Part shown: positions 12,068 to 25,700 of the stretch, in pieces
Layout of the letters: every line of letters starts with the position of its first letter
Numbering within the stretch: position 1 is the first letter of the stretch
NCBI RefSeq assembly: GCF_910592395.1
Contig: NC_088308.1
Coordinates: 558,001-622,000 of the forward strand
DNA from: Lineus longissimus
Lineage: Eukaryota
Length of the DNA: 64,000 nucleotides
Direction: 5' to 3'
Translations under genes and position numbers: made by a program
Notes under the pieces: generated by a model
Databases searched by the model: none
The model's input: the letters and a program-made list of their open reading frames with translations, nothing else
Told to the model about the DNA's origin: nothing

Positions 12068-15000
12068 GCTTCTGCTTTGGGTGAAGGGAAGGTACTGAAT
12101 ATAAGCGGGGAAGCTTCGGATGAAAATGTTATCTAAGTCTGCCAGCTTTATGCTGTATGTTTCCCTGTCGTGGAGTCTCCTTCGAACAATAGTTCGATTA
12201 CCAGAGAGATACTCAAACGAGTCACCTCTTCCCTCAAAGGAAATGCTTTCAATAGCTTGATTCCCAACACAGCATTGTCAATGTTACACAGATGAATCAA
12301 GTTGATCTCCGAGAACACGCAACAAGTAGTAGTTCCGCTGAAGAGTATCTACCTGTTTGCATTGAATTTAACTTTGTTCTCTCCTCCGCGCACCAATGAT
12401 GAAACAAGGGAAATATCGTCTGGTATTTGTAATCCTGGTTCGTTTCGACACAAACTGAAGTTTGTGAGGTTCTCTGAGAGATGGTAAAGAAATGTCGACA
12501 ATCCAAAGAAAGATTTGCTGTACTGCTACTGTAATCCCCGCTCCTCTTCTTGCCTGATGCTAGTATCAGGTTCCACAATCGTGCCTGTTCCTTCCTTCGT
12601 ATACCAAGCTTACTCTTACAGGAATAACCTTAAAATAGCCTTCCTTCACCTCAGCAGAGCATGCTCAACTTAGCAGTTCATCCTAGGTATAGACAGTGGC
12701 AGTAGGCTAAGGCTAACATTAATGACGTATGGAGTAGCATGCACCTTTTATTAAGAACTTTGTTCAGGCCTATCAGAGCTGTCAGACCGTCCAGCGTGGG
12801 CAAAGTAGGCATAATAAAGTAGTCAATGCATATTTTGTTTGGAGGATTTGCATTGTATATGATTGGTATATTTGTACAAGATTTACTGTAAATGTCGATA
12901 ATTTTTTGTCAACCAGGCCTGCGCTATACGCTTTGGTGGGCCGATAATCGCATCATTGCACGGGGATGGGGCAATTTAGGCCACATGGAGGAATAATGAA
13001 CCTCTCTTAGTGATCACATTTGAAAGATATTAGCTTATACGTTTTATCAGGAAGTACACATTCATTTTGATAAGTCTGTTGTTTTACGGACACCTCGGTA
13101 CATTCGAACTGAAGACAATGATAGTCAGCTTATTAGGTAAACTTTTAGGAGATGTTTTTCTTTAGTTAGTCAAGCAAATATCACAATTTTATTTCACTCA
13201 CTGTATTCAATACATACCTAGTTCACCAGAAAAATGAACTTCTAATTAGCCCCAATACCTCTTTGTCATGTTTGTGTATTTTTTTATGAAAGCCGTGAAG
13301 CTTTTGAAATAGGATATTGGCTTATTCAGTTCACCAGTTTACCAATTTCCTCTGGGCCAAACCAACTTATAAAGAGGCCTCGAAAGAGGAAATACTAAAC
13401 ATTTAACGTCAAAGAAACTTCTGTCATAAATGGAACGTGCCTCATCCAAAAGCATTTGGCATTCTGGTGGTCATCTCCTTTGGTCGTTCAAGTGACATGC
13501 TTTCCTGTAGGTGGCAATAACTGACTCTCTCGGAAGAAAGGGGATGATAATTATAATGATAATAATACAATCCACAGTCTGGATCTGACAGAGAGCAGTA
13601 TCCTCTCCCGCCCCCGAACCTCGACTACTCTGCTGCCACCTCCATCGCGTCGGGATGACCAGGCGTCCCTTGGATGCCAGCTACCAGGAAAAACCGACTT
13701 ATATCAACTGTACATATCCCATAAGACTTTCATGGACTCTATGCTGCACAGAGGAACTGGGATGGGCCAGACAGCGTGTACCAGACTATCAAACTCTCAA
13801 AGTCTCAGCTGTTTTGTATATGTGTGCCTTCTACCCGTGCATAATTCGATAGCGGTATGATACAGCTACCAGAGTTGTATAGCTGTAATTTCTATCCGCG
13901 TTTGCAATCCTGAAATAAGCAAAAATTCAAGTCAAGTATAAATACGTCAAGATTACTTTTTTTCCACAATGTTTAAACTTTTGATACCCATATTATGATT
14001 AGATAACAAATGTCAACCGAAAAATATTATCCCTTCTTAGGCCACTCAAGCAACCTAAACGCCTATTAATTGGAACCCTGCGTTCGCATTGTAGAACTCT
14101 CAATAGCAAATATGTACTTGGTCGGACATGTGGCGAACCTTAAAGCTGACCGGCATGAATAAATGAAACACAAAGGTCCGACCTACATGTTCTGAACGCC
14201 CTCAGCGATATGAAAGATTACAAGCGGTCCGCAGTGGCGCCAAGAGACCGTGAAGGTGACGAAATGGACATCCCCGGGAGTTCACGAATGCGGAGATTCC
14301 ATATTATTCAGCGAAACGACAGTTGCGCCATCGCTGGGTTGTTCGTCGAAAGCGAATACCTCATCATCAGACTGTTCCACACTACGGTCATGGTTTTCAT
14401 ACTAATAAGGAGAAAAATGTTCTGCAGCTTTAAAACTAGGAAAAAGCAGCAGCGCGTTCCTGTTATCCACACAGGGTGTTATGCTTGTCTCTCAATTATC
14501 ATCTTATGAAATCATTTTGCCGATGTCGAAGAAATGGCATTATAAAAGGCCACTTTGGATGGAAAATGATAAGATGGAAAGCCTTATTCTCTGTCGCATA
14601 CGTGGCCTGAACGTTATGGAACCTCGTTATCAGGTGATTTAGAATAGCACGGCTCTGTAGATGTATGTGTATCTGGTCATTGAATGAAATTGCTATCTAC
14701 TCGGGACGAGTTTGATTCGGGTGCAAAATCGCGTGACGTAGCCAACACGTACCAGCTTGGCAAAATAACAAGTTTCAAAGAAGCCTTTTTTAATTGCCGT
14801 TGTAGAATATTTGCAATGTGAATTCATAAGATACATAATGGGGTGGTAAACATGACACCATGGGATGATTTCAGGAAAACGCACAGTTGTTTTCTGGTTT
14901 TAAAGATGCAAATTATTTTCCACTTAACTGGTATTAAAACCATGCGCGTATTGAGGAACTGTCTGATCAAGATGTATTCGCTTTCGGGGAATGGTTACGG

Positions 15001-16668
15001 TTGATTGGTGATCACGCTGAATATATTGTGAACTGTCAACTGATCCTGTTCCTCCTTGAGAAATGTGAGGGAGGGGACGGAGCTCGATATGGTACAGAGC
15101 GTTTCATTCGCCAAGCCGAAGGTAAAACGACACCGATTGATTAATTTCCACAGGAAGCCTGACGTTCCTTATCAGCATACACGCTCAGTGATTGGCCGGT
15201 TGGAAACACGTCGTTAAAAACGGCAAAGGGGCGCTTGCCGGCTGGGCCTTTGTGCTTGCATGTCAGCTTTAAACCCATAGTTGTGTGTGAACGCCAGCAA
15301 GACGATTAGGGCCGTCTTTTGTAGACAATTATGATTCGTTGGGTTGAGGAGAGATGATTATTGCCAGGGCAAGCATAGGAGCGCCCCCTGACGGGAAGCA
15401 ACTGCCATTAGTTGCATCGGGGTAAGTACAAGAAAGATATTGTCATGTCTTTTCTGATACCACTTCCATCGAAAAGTACTGAAATGCCATTATGAAAAAG
15501 GTACAGACTGAAATGTATTTCTGATTAACCTTCCTATGTGTCGACACCTGATACGCCAATTCTAGAAAAAGTACATTTTAATATATTCCTGGCCAAAAAA
15601 CATTTCAGAAATGTGTCAGTTTGTTAATGACCTTTCTGGAAGAGTACGCATGCCCTTCTAATAGTTGAGTAGTTGAAATGGCATCTGATATCTTTCTTTC
15701 GAGAAAAGTAAATACAAAGTACATGTAATTCCATTTTGGTAACGCCTTTTTTCTAAAGTAACCTGTTACGCACGCAGACCGCCGATATTTGACCATCCTC
15801 TTTCTGAAAGCATATAGTTTGACCAAACTCTTCGAGAAAAGCTGTGATCGTAGTGGAAAAGTCATTGTGCGTGTTGTTTCCTGCTCGACTTGACCAAAAG
15901 GATCTGCTGTGGCTTTTTATGGGTAGGATTTCCGGAGAAAAAGCTTTATGTCCTTTCAATTTTCAAATATTGTGACCTTGACCTTCATCGGACCTTCTCA
16001 AGGACTAGAAAGACAGCCTTGGGTGGTCATTCCGGATTGTGTCGTGAAGAAGACACACAGTAGTGTTGAAAATCAGGTTGATCGAAAAAATGGTGCCATA
16101 TTGGTAGTTCAAATTAACGAACACGTGACCTTAGAGAGAATATGCATGAAGTTTATATCTGCGCTGGTGGAGAGTGCGATGACACTGCTACCAACGCCAG
16201 TAGAGCCATATGGCCCACCGATTAGCATCTGCAGCTCTCCAGTTAGTGTCCTTTCCTGAAAATGTCAAAACCACTAAGACATAATCCACACGTTCTAAGT
16301 TTCGTCGAGACGAGCAAGTTTCACACAGAATTATAACAGTGAGTAACATGAGATTACATCTTGGCAAACTCAGATCACTTGGGGATTATCAGTTTAGGTT
16401 TCAACAGCGACACTGGCCATGAAATAATCAATGTATTTGCATGAGGAAGTTAAACAAGCTTGTTTCTTAAGAATTACACGAGATTAATGTGTTTGCTAAT
16501 TGACCGCGGACCATGTCGGTCAGTAAACTACTTGAACTGGCGCTGTGTATAATGTTGATGGCGAAGTTGATACCTGGAATACCCCCGCCCTGACCAATTT
16601 TACAATTGATGCGGAATCATCAGCAGGTAGCCTCACTGCAACATGCCTAGTTATCGGGAATCTCGATA

Positions 16669-17255
16669 GGCGTTTTTACACGGTGCGGGTTCAAGCCGGA
16701 TCGAGACTAGTTCAGGTACCAGCCGGTTTATTTTCCCTCGTGTAAAAGCGAACCTACCGTCCTGAACCCTCCTGGTCCGAGGCGGGTTCCGATCGCCGGT
16801 CTCGGGTCGGTGCAGGCCGGTGGAGGCCGGTGGAGGAGGGTTTATTTATGCGTGTAAAAGCGAACCGGCTCCGAGCCGGTTTGCACACGGTACTCGCGTG
16901 ACGTCATTCGCGGGAATAGCTGCCGTGTTCCTGGCATGAAATTTTCCGCGGAAAGAAACTGCTGTGAAATCTTCAATTTATCGAGAGCAAGAGCTTTCTC
17001 TCCATACAAATGCTGTGTACAAAGCAAAAACTCTGCATCTCACCGGCGCCATCGTAAACCATTTTGTATTATTTGTTGTTGTGATATTTTCGTAGCTCCA
17101 CCGCCAGCAGGATTGATCAGCGCCACCAATTGACGATGTTAGTGACGAACCGGCCTAACCGTCCCCGTGTAAAAGCGAAATGAACCGTCCTGAACCGAAC
17201 ACGCCTCGTGACGGTTCAGGAGGGTTGTCTTGAACCAGCACCGTGTAAAAAGGCC
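16669..17255. mobile_element. MITE with about 27-bp terminal inverted repeats (PIF/Harbinger-like ends)
   Basis: Left GGCGTTTTTACACGGTGCGGGTTCAAG vs right CTTGAACCAGCACCGTGTAAAAAGGCC (2 mismatches); internal CGTGTAAAAGCGAA sub-repeats; TSD not clean. Confidence 0.85.
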
Positions 17256-18658
17256 TGATGTATCCTCAATAACGATTAAAGTCATATACTCTGAGATGAG
17301 TAAGTCGAACCAGGTCGGGTCATAGGAAATATGAATGTTTTACCGAAGATGCAATGCAAATGTATTCAGCATAACCCCCCATTGCGTCACTGCAGCAATA
17401 TGAAAGGTGTCGAGGGTACATGCTTCGCATTATCAAGCTTCTCCCTTTGCCAATCACGGATGGTGGCTCAATCTTCTTCTCTTTTCGCTCCTCCTCCTCC
17501 TCCTTTCGTCTGCATTATGAAGCAGTTTTGAGCCTTCGAGACTGTCCCTTTCGCGACTCCGTCCCTAAAGCATGTAAAGCCCCGTCTGCGGTTCAGAGGA
17601 CGGGTCAAAAACAAGGGTTGAAGGCCTTGAAGAAGGCCGTCTTTTCTCTCAATTTACTAGTACACTCGTGTTTGTGACACAGCTTTAGATCATTATCAAC
17701 AGCACAAAATGCGTATAAATTTGTTATAACGCCGTAAGTATGTCACAGCAATATGTTCGATATTCTATTTGGATAGTTTCCTTTCGGTTGAGCACTACAG
17801 ACTCAACTATTAATCACTTTCACTCAGGCAGTGGTTGGCACATTCATTGTGCGGTTTCTATTCTTTGTATATATCAACAAGAAAATGATCACAATACAAC
17901 ACTCACAGTCGTCAACAGTTGACTGGTGAAAAGGCAAAGGCATAGTACATGTATATACACCGAATATCAGTCGTTCTGAAGGGAATTTCGGGTACATTTT
18001 TGGTGCATCGTTTAGAATAACCCTGATTTTTAAATTGTCCTTTCCAAAATTGAGACTATGACTTGGGTAAGTGATTGCTAGCTTTTATGATATTTCTCTC
18101 GCCCATGCGTTTCGTCACTCAGACCAGAGCGTCTACATATGATATGAAAAGTTACATGTCTTAGGTCAACGGGAAGTAAAGGTCATACTGACTGACATTT
18201 GATTGATAATAAACTACAGTTTTACGAACGAAATGAGATGGCTAAACAATTCTACACCACTCCTGCTAGAGCAAGAAAGAGGTTCGAAAATAGGCTTGAT
18301 GTGCAATATGGGTAATCATCAATACTGGTCACATTGGTAATTATTAACTGATAAACCTGAAGCTATCGGATTGTGGTTCTTTCAACACGTATTCTCGATT
18401 GTTAAGTCGACGTTACAGAAGAATATATCGGTCATGATCATTAAATGTGAGTGACTCGGGATAATGATTTGTTGCCAGCAGATTTGATTCGCATCGACTC
18501 ATAATCAGTGATTAGCTAGCATACATTTATCATAATGCCAGTGTGGTTTCAATAAATAGGCCATACCGGGCTAATACGGACTACTTGCGCTCCTGGTGGG
18601 ACGGTTATCATGGGATCAGTATAACAGTCGTAACCGTGGTAGCAGGTGGTCTTGAAGA

Positions 18659-21148
18659 ATGGCAGGCTTACCACTACTACAAACTAATCAACGTTTCACT
18701 TACAGATCACACCCGCCGGTCCGCGCTGTTTACATGACGGCGACACATTCCGTCGCGAGTGACCAGAGCGCGATCTACAGGAGTATCCCCGCGAACCCCC
18801 GCGACGACAGCCTGTATGACCTGTACGCCAGGACCGTGATGAACCTAAGCCCACAGCCGTACACTCGCAATCAGGCAGCAGCACCCATATCCTCCATGGA
18901 GTACGCCAAACGGATCAACGCCCGCCCAACCACCACCCCCAAGGTGGTCGGGTTCGACTCGGGCTCCCTCCGACCGCAGCCCCTGAAGCGGGGCATTGAA
19001 GGCTTCTTCCCTTCTGTCAAGTTGTCCGGCTCAGCAAAAAGTACGACGACCACGGGGAGTAAGACACCACTGACACCTACCATACAGGTAAGACTACCTT
19101 TAATCCATTTAGAGAACACTTAGAAGGGATAAGCCAAGCCTTAATTGTAGTACAATATATACGGTTCCTTTGTGGAGTTTTACCATAACGGACAGTCCGA
19201 CTCCCTTTCGATAAAAATCATGCGACAGTTAATTTCTGTTAAATATTCATCTCAATGAAGTTTCATCTATATAAACGTCCCGTTCATCTTTACTTTCTCC
19301 TCTCATATTTCTTGTTGCCAGTGCCAAGGATGTTGCCTTGTGATATGATATGACTATGATATTCAGAGAGTTTCATTTACTTTTGGACAAATTAAGTGGG
19401 TAAAGCCCATGGAACGATTTAATATGTGTGTCGCCTGTTGTCCATGTTCCCTGTGAATATGAAGACTGTCAGACGATACTTAACAATACTGTCCTTTGAT
19501 GAAAGTGCAATTTAACTGTACATATCCCATGTATATATTATATAGGTCTCAGTGCGGCTTCAATGTGTGTACTTAATCTGTTGTATGCTTTTTAAATAAC
19601 ATACTTCGACTGACTGCTTTTCATATACCTTACACAGAAAAAGCAATAAATACAGGCCATGAAAGTTGGTGCTTACTTGAGGTAACATGAGTACGGAGCT
19701 ATAGAAGAACGCAGGGGAAAGTCTACCAGAAAGTTTCTGACAGGAGATGGAATCAAATACGTTCATTCCCGGTGCATGACAAGACGGCTTGATCACCTTT
19801 TTCACCATGTTTATTGGGGTTACACAGCAAATGGCGCCAAAAACTGCGCAATTGAATTGTTTGTAGAAACATAGCGACGATTAGGTGCGATCAAGTATAT
19901 TTGACAAGCCATACTTGGTGCGATGTGTGTGACAAATTGCTATTGTATCTCACATGAGGCCGTTGGAATTGGGTTATGAATCAGTAATGATACTCCAAGC
20001 TGAACTAATTAGCATTAGCATCACGCGTGACGACCAACAAGCACAGAACAAAACCTTTCTCGGGCATGTCCGAGAAATACGATAACGCGATTACACATAG
20101 TCATTGAATCTTAATTATGTTTGATGATATCCTGAGGTTATGAGTTTTTCCTTATTTTCATGTGTAATGTTTAAGAACACCAATATATGAAGCCAAACAC
20201 AACGGCATTTGTTTTTCTAAAGTCTGTCCACTTGGTCTTCTAACACGGCTCCTTGGTTTGAGTAAACTCTCCTTGTTTTCTTTTCATTTGTTGAGCGACA
20301 CTTTTCATATTTTCGGAATGTCACAGCGACTGTGACTTGTACAAATGTTTATTATTTACTTCAGATTATGTTTTAGTATAAACCAAGTGGCAATAGTTGA
20401 TTAGAAGGGCAATATACTTCACCGGGATAAAGTAATTATCTGTGGAACTTTTTCTATTGGTGTCTGTTTAGGCGTGCCGCGCCCACGGACAATCAAAACG
20501 GGTGCTTGATTCATCAAAATATTGTTCAATTCCAAATCAGTTATTGGACTGAATTGAATACGAGAGCGTCATCCTTTTCAGTCGCATATAGAAATCAGTC
20601 TCCTCCATACATATGCCCTTGTCGTTCATCTCCGGTTACACGAGCCTCCTCTCGTTAACTATGCAACTGACAACACCTTTGATACATTTGTATACACAAA
20701 CCTGAACACATGTCTTGATTTCTCTTTTCAGAGTCCGGCCTCCCTGAGCTTTGAAATCGCCCCAAGCCCGGAGCTGACAGCACATTATTACCGAAACAAG
20801 ACAAGGAGAAAGTCAAGCAAATCTAACACAAGTTTCGCTAGTCTGGACAAAGTGGATAGGTCAATCCCTGATATAGCCTTAGCTCCAACAAGTCTGTCTA
20901 CTGAGCCTGATACGTGCATTAGGAGGTATCCTTACTATACTCAGACATATCCTAATGTTTTACCTAAAGAGGACAACAAGCCGGTCGGCGGAGATCTCAG
21001 TTATCTGCCCCGTCCAAAGAACTTCTTGGCGCGAAGAGACGTCCCTTGGATTTATAGATACAAAGTGAAAAAGAACATGAACCAGTTATCAAAGATTATG
21101 GCGAGTAAATCGGACCATTGTCAAGCCGAGGAATTAGTGAAGACTTAA
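18659..21148 (+). CDS. Uncharacterised two-coding-exon protein (about 281 aa). Exons 18659-19087 and 20732-21148
   Basis: GC-rich ORF ends at CAG|GTAAGA (19087). Polypyrimidine TTTTCAG acceptor at 20731 joins in frame (phase 0) to the ORF ending at 21148. In-frame TGA just upstream of the ATG; AATAAA at 22091. S/T/P-rich, with C-terminal RRDVPWIYRYKVKKNMNQLSKIM. Confidence 0.8.
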
Positions 21149-21201
21149 CGCATAACGGTGACAGCGTTGATAATGATTGCGAGATTCGTCACTCCGATTT
21201 A

Positions 21202-21345
21202 ATAGAGTGTTTTCACGATCGGCCATTTTGGAGTGCAGAACAATGATTTGTCATGCCTAACTTAACTGAATGAAAGGCTGTCATGGTCATTTGGGTTTGC
21301 TTTCTTTCATATGGGCAGGTGATGACGTCACGTGAAACCACCGTT
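21202..21345. mobile_element. Small MITE-like element in the 3' UTR; related end sequence at 10772-10794
   Basis: ATAGAGTGTTTTCACG ... CGTGAAACCAC imperfect TIRs; the same end motif ATAGAGTGATTTCACGTGACGTC occurs at 10772. Confidence 0.55.
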
Positions 21346-22163
21346 TCTGAATGTGCATGCTAAGCCCACGTGTACATTACGAGCGTTGTCGTGCCATGTT
21401 CAGTGCCAATCGGGACGGACAATGGGTGCCGTTGGTGACGCCAATTAGTCTGATGGTTATGACATCATGGTCTGCTTATTCAATTTTGCGTCGATTCCAT
21501 AGTAAGGGTTTAAAAATGACATGGCCACAAGATCTTGATTTTCAGTGCGATTTGTTAATTGACATTGAAATTGATCAACTGCTAAAAGTACATGTGTAGT
21601 CAGTGGTTAGGTCACAAGCATCAGTACATTCCCGAAGCCATTCCACTGTCAAACTGAAAAGACCGACAAGTTTCATCCAATCAGTATGAAAGAACCTTGG
21701 TCTGTTCAATGCAGCACAAGCCTATTGGGATCGGTCATGCCCAAGATTAATGAACCGGTCTCAGTTCACTAGTGAGTCTAGAGCACGTTAACGCATCAGT
21801 TTCAACGACGAATACAGCTATCAAACGGGATCAATCCAATGATAAAGTGAGGCTATAGCAATGTGGTCCTTCGTCAGTCGTCGACAGGTGTCCCAACCAA
21901 CTTACACTGTGCGTAAAGCTTGTACGTCGGTTAATTAATGCTTGTACGATGAATATCAGTTTATCATCAAGTCAAGCATGACCCCGCTCAAGGACCTGAA
22001 GATATACATAATTAGAAAACTTTCCACGTCCTCTGGTGTGGAGAGTCGATTGATAGTGAAAATTGTATATAGTTTATTTTGCATGTCTGTAATAAATTCA
22101 CATGTGCCAAAAGAAACCAGGTCTTTATTGGTGAATTATTTGTCTTCGAGGTAGTTAGTCTCG

Positions 22164-22199
22164 GTCACACCATGGAGATTTATACCTCCATGGTCACAC
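22164..22199. mobile_element. 22-bp palindromic insert with 7-bp direct flanking repeats (transposon footprint or minimal MITE)
   Basis: GTCACAC-CATGGAG ATTTATAC CTCCATG-GTCACAC. Confidence 0.6.
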
Positions 22200-22555
22200 T
22201 GAGACGAGTTGAGCGGAAATAGTTCACAGCCTGCTGATACCGAGACGGGACCTGAAGAACAGGATAGTGTTCCGAGAAAAAAAAGGGTAACATATTATGC
22301 TCTTGGATGAAAATATTTCAAGAATCCAGCGTGAATTCTGGATGTCTTAGCATAGCAAATGATTAGACCCGCGGCGCGCTTTAACAGGAGGGTTGGCTCC
22401 AGCAATAGTGCTTCTTGGGCTGACTGGAATTGACGCATAAACGCCAAAAAAAACAAGCAAAAGCACAATCTGAGTCACGGACACTGACGTACTACAGGAT
22501 AATATATGTGGTTGTTCCATATTACAGTGCCCCAGGCCATTTTTTGTGAATCAAC

Positions 22556-22635
22556 CATTCTCGAACATTTCCGATGAATGCCGACTATTCCCGATGAATG
22601 CAGTCTATTCCCGATGAATCCGACGATTCCCGAAC
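22556..22635. repeat. 20-bp tandem repeat (ATTCCCGATGAATGC...), about 3-4 copies, just upstream of the LENG8 ATG
   Basis: Directly visible. Confidence 0.75.
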
Positions 22636-22708
22636 GTTACGAAGAAAATTCGTCAGCCATTTTTCCGTTTTATTTGTTGACATTGTTTTCTCGTGTTTTC
22701 AGAATAAA

Positions 22709-25700
22709 ATGACAACGTTTCAGTGGAATTCAGGCCCGAATCAACCAAACCAATGGTAATTTGAATATATAAAGCATAAATTGAAACCAGTGTTTTGCGG
22801 TTCATTTAATTGAAAGTTGGTTTATTTTCTCTTAAAAAGTAAGGTGTGTCGTCATCTTTTCAGAAATCTGCGCTGCGTTGCGTGCATTGTGTGTGTTGTG
22901 TGCATGTCGCGTGCATATGCTGAGAAGGCATGGTGGTCAATGCGTAGTGACAGTGTGCATTGCCATTGCATCATCGTTTTCATAACTCATTCGCCTGGAA
23001 AGCACAACTCGCGTACTCTTGTGTGGTGACTGTTGGTGAGCAAGAAACAACAAATTGATGCAATGTGAAACCAACATAAAAATTAAATGTAGGCCTATTT
23101 GTTGAAAGTGCGGAATAAACTAGGCCTATATTGAAAAGGAAAGGATTTTTTAATTGCAGTCAAAATGACTTAAACTCTGTCAAAAAATTGACATGTCTTG
23201 CCCGCCGGTGCAAGCACTAGCAGCTGTGCTTCTGGTACATCGCATTATGCAGAAAACACTGCTGGGAGAGTGTTGGTGCTCTGTTAGTGTTAAGGTTTTA
23301 TTACTTTCACTTCAGGAATCAGTTTGGTAATGCTGGCCAGGACCAACAACAAGAAAACTTCCCAAATCCTGAATGGGAGAAAGCGAAAAAAGCGCTGGAA
23401 GCTGTTCAGAAGGAAATGAAAAAGAGTGGTGACGACAAGTCTGGAAGCCAAGAAAAACAGTCTGAGGTCGATCAGCAGTTGGATAACTCACAACAGAATA
23501 CAAACAACATGAATAATCATGGACCACATGGGAACATGTTTCAGAATCAGAACCAGCAACATTTCAATATGTATCAGCAACAGTATGGCTTCCAGGGGTA
23601 CGCAGTAGACGCTTGAATGTGACCACTCTTATTGTTCTCAGTGATCTACTGACCTTTACATGCATATTCGCTGAATATCTCCGGCTTTTTCAGGCAGCTG
23701 TAGTCAGCTTTGAATTGATTATACCTTATGATGGTAATCAAATGTTTGCCATGTGGCATGGTGAAATCGCTCCAGTGTACATTGTTCTTATAATCCTAAA
23801 TGTAACAGTATATTACTTTCAATTTCAGGTTCAATTATATGCCACCCGGTCCAGGAGGCCCTGGTCCCCGTGGTTTTGGAATGTTTGGTCCAGGCCGTGG
23901 GGGCCCACCTCACATGCAGAATGTAAGTATTTGAATGGAGAGGTCATTGAATATACACGTAAGCAGTATGAACAATATGATGAAGGAAATTTTGTTTTTA
24001 ATCTTTCCATCTGTATCAAGGAGTTAGATTGTATCTGTATCTGATTTACTTTTAGAAAGGGCACAAGAGCAGAGGCAAGAGTTACACATTTGCTTTATAT
24101 AGTAGCGTCTTGTTTTTTTTCAGTTTGGTCCCGGTCCTGGTCCATATCCACATCCTGGGATGGATGAGCCACACATGTTTCAGCAGGGACCTAATGGTCC
24201 CAGAGGTCCACCTCCCCGTCCACCTGGCCCTTGTCCACCACGGTGGGGGTTCAACGGCCCCCCTTTTGGAAATGGAGGTATGTATATGAAAAATCAGGAT
24301 GGAGCATTCTATTGTTTGTGAGTACTGGGTGAGGCCGCGTGAGCTGTTCAAGTATTTGCTATTACAAATTGGTAAAAAAACCCTGCTTGTGTGATCAGCA
24401 GAAAGCCTAAGTGGTGTTCTCACCAGCACTCACTAACAAAATGTCAAACTGAATTGCCAACAGCAATCTGTTTCTGATGGTCATAGGCTTCCATTAACTA
24501 TGTGTAACTGTGGTCTTCGACTGATCTTACCACTTGTTTTCTTGTAGGTCCACCAGGTGGCCAGGGAGGAGGAGTCCGGTTCAACATCAACAAGCCTAAC
24601 AATCATATACAGAATAACAACAATGACAACTTCCCTCAGAATCAAAACAACTTCAGTCAACAACAACAAAACAAATTCTATCAGGGAAAACAACAAAATA
24701 AAAAACGTCAACAACAACAACAGCAATCGCCACAGTTGCCAAAACAGGAGAATCAACAGAATAGAAGCGAGGACCAACAGGATGGGGGAACTGAATCAGC
24801 ACAGAAGAAAAATATCGAACAGATTACTAAACCTCCGGAGAAAGAGGTGGATGATGATGAGAAGAGTACGGGTCACCCTGCAGCTGGAGAGTGGCCTCCT
24901 TCTCTGAAGTAAGTCTTAACATCTAAATGAATCCACCCTGTAAGGTGATTATGTTTAAGAGATTTGTGTATGATTTTGTTCGAAATGCTCTTGAGAATGA
25001 ATATGAAGTTGGTTTGCCAAAGTCGCGACATTTGGTTTCGGACCATACGATAGTAACTGCTTGTCCAAATCCATCTCTAGTATAACTCCTCATTGATCTA
25101 TTCTTGCAGAGATTATGTGCAAAGAGCTTTTGCTAGTGCCATAACAGACAGTCAAAGGGATGAGGTAGAAAAGGTCTTGAAGAACAAATTAACTTCTTCA
25201 TTTAATGATGGCTCTGCATGGACCAAGGACTGGGGCCAGGAACCGCTACCTCTGTAAGTAGATGATCACCTGTATATATCTCGCTATTCAATTCAGTCAC
25301 TTATTCAAAAGTGATGTATGAATGAGGTCCTGAGTTACAGTCCATTAACATGTGTCATATGGGTGGGTAAGGAGTGAGTGCTTAGTGTGCCAACATACTA
25401 GGATATGTACATTGTGACGACATGAATTGTGAGTTGTATGTAGGGGTTCCAGTATGTTGACGGGAATAATGCTGCGGGATCCTGAGCCGTGAGCTATCTA
25501 AAAAATGAGCTGTGTTATGAATGTGACTTAACTGTGTGTTTGTCTGTTTTCAGAACCAATATGATCCCCCTAAACACTCCTGCACCTTCCCATGCATTCA
25601 CACCCTCAGGTAAGTCAGGTGGGATGTCTGGGAAGCTAAGTCGCTGGGATAACATGAGGGGATCACTACAAGCAAAAAGTGGCAGGAACTTTTTCTCGCC

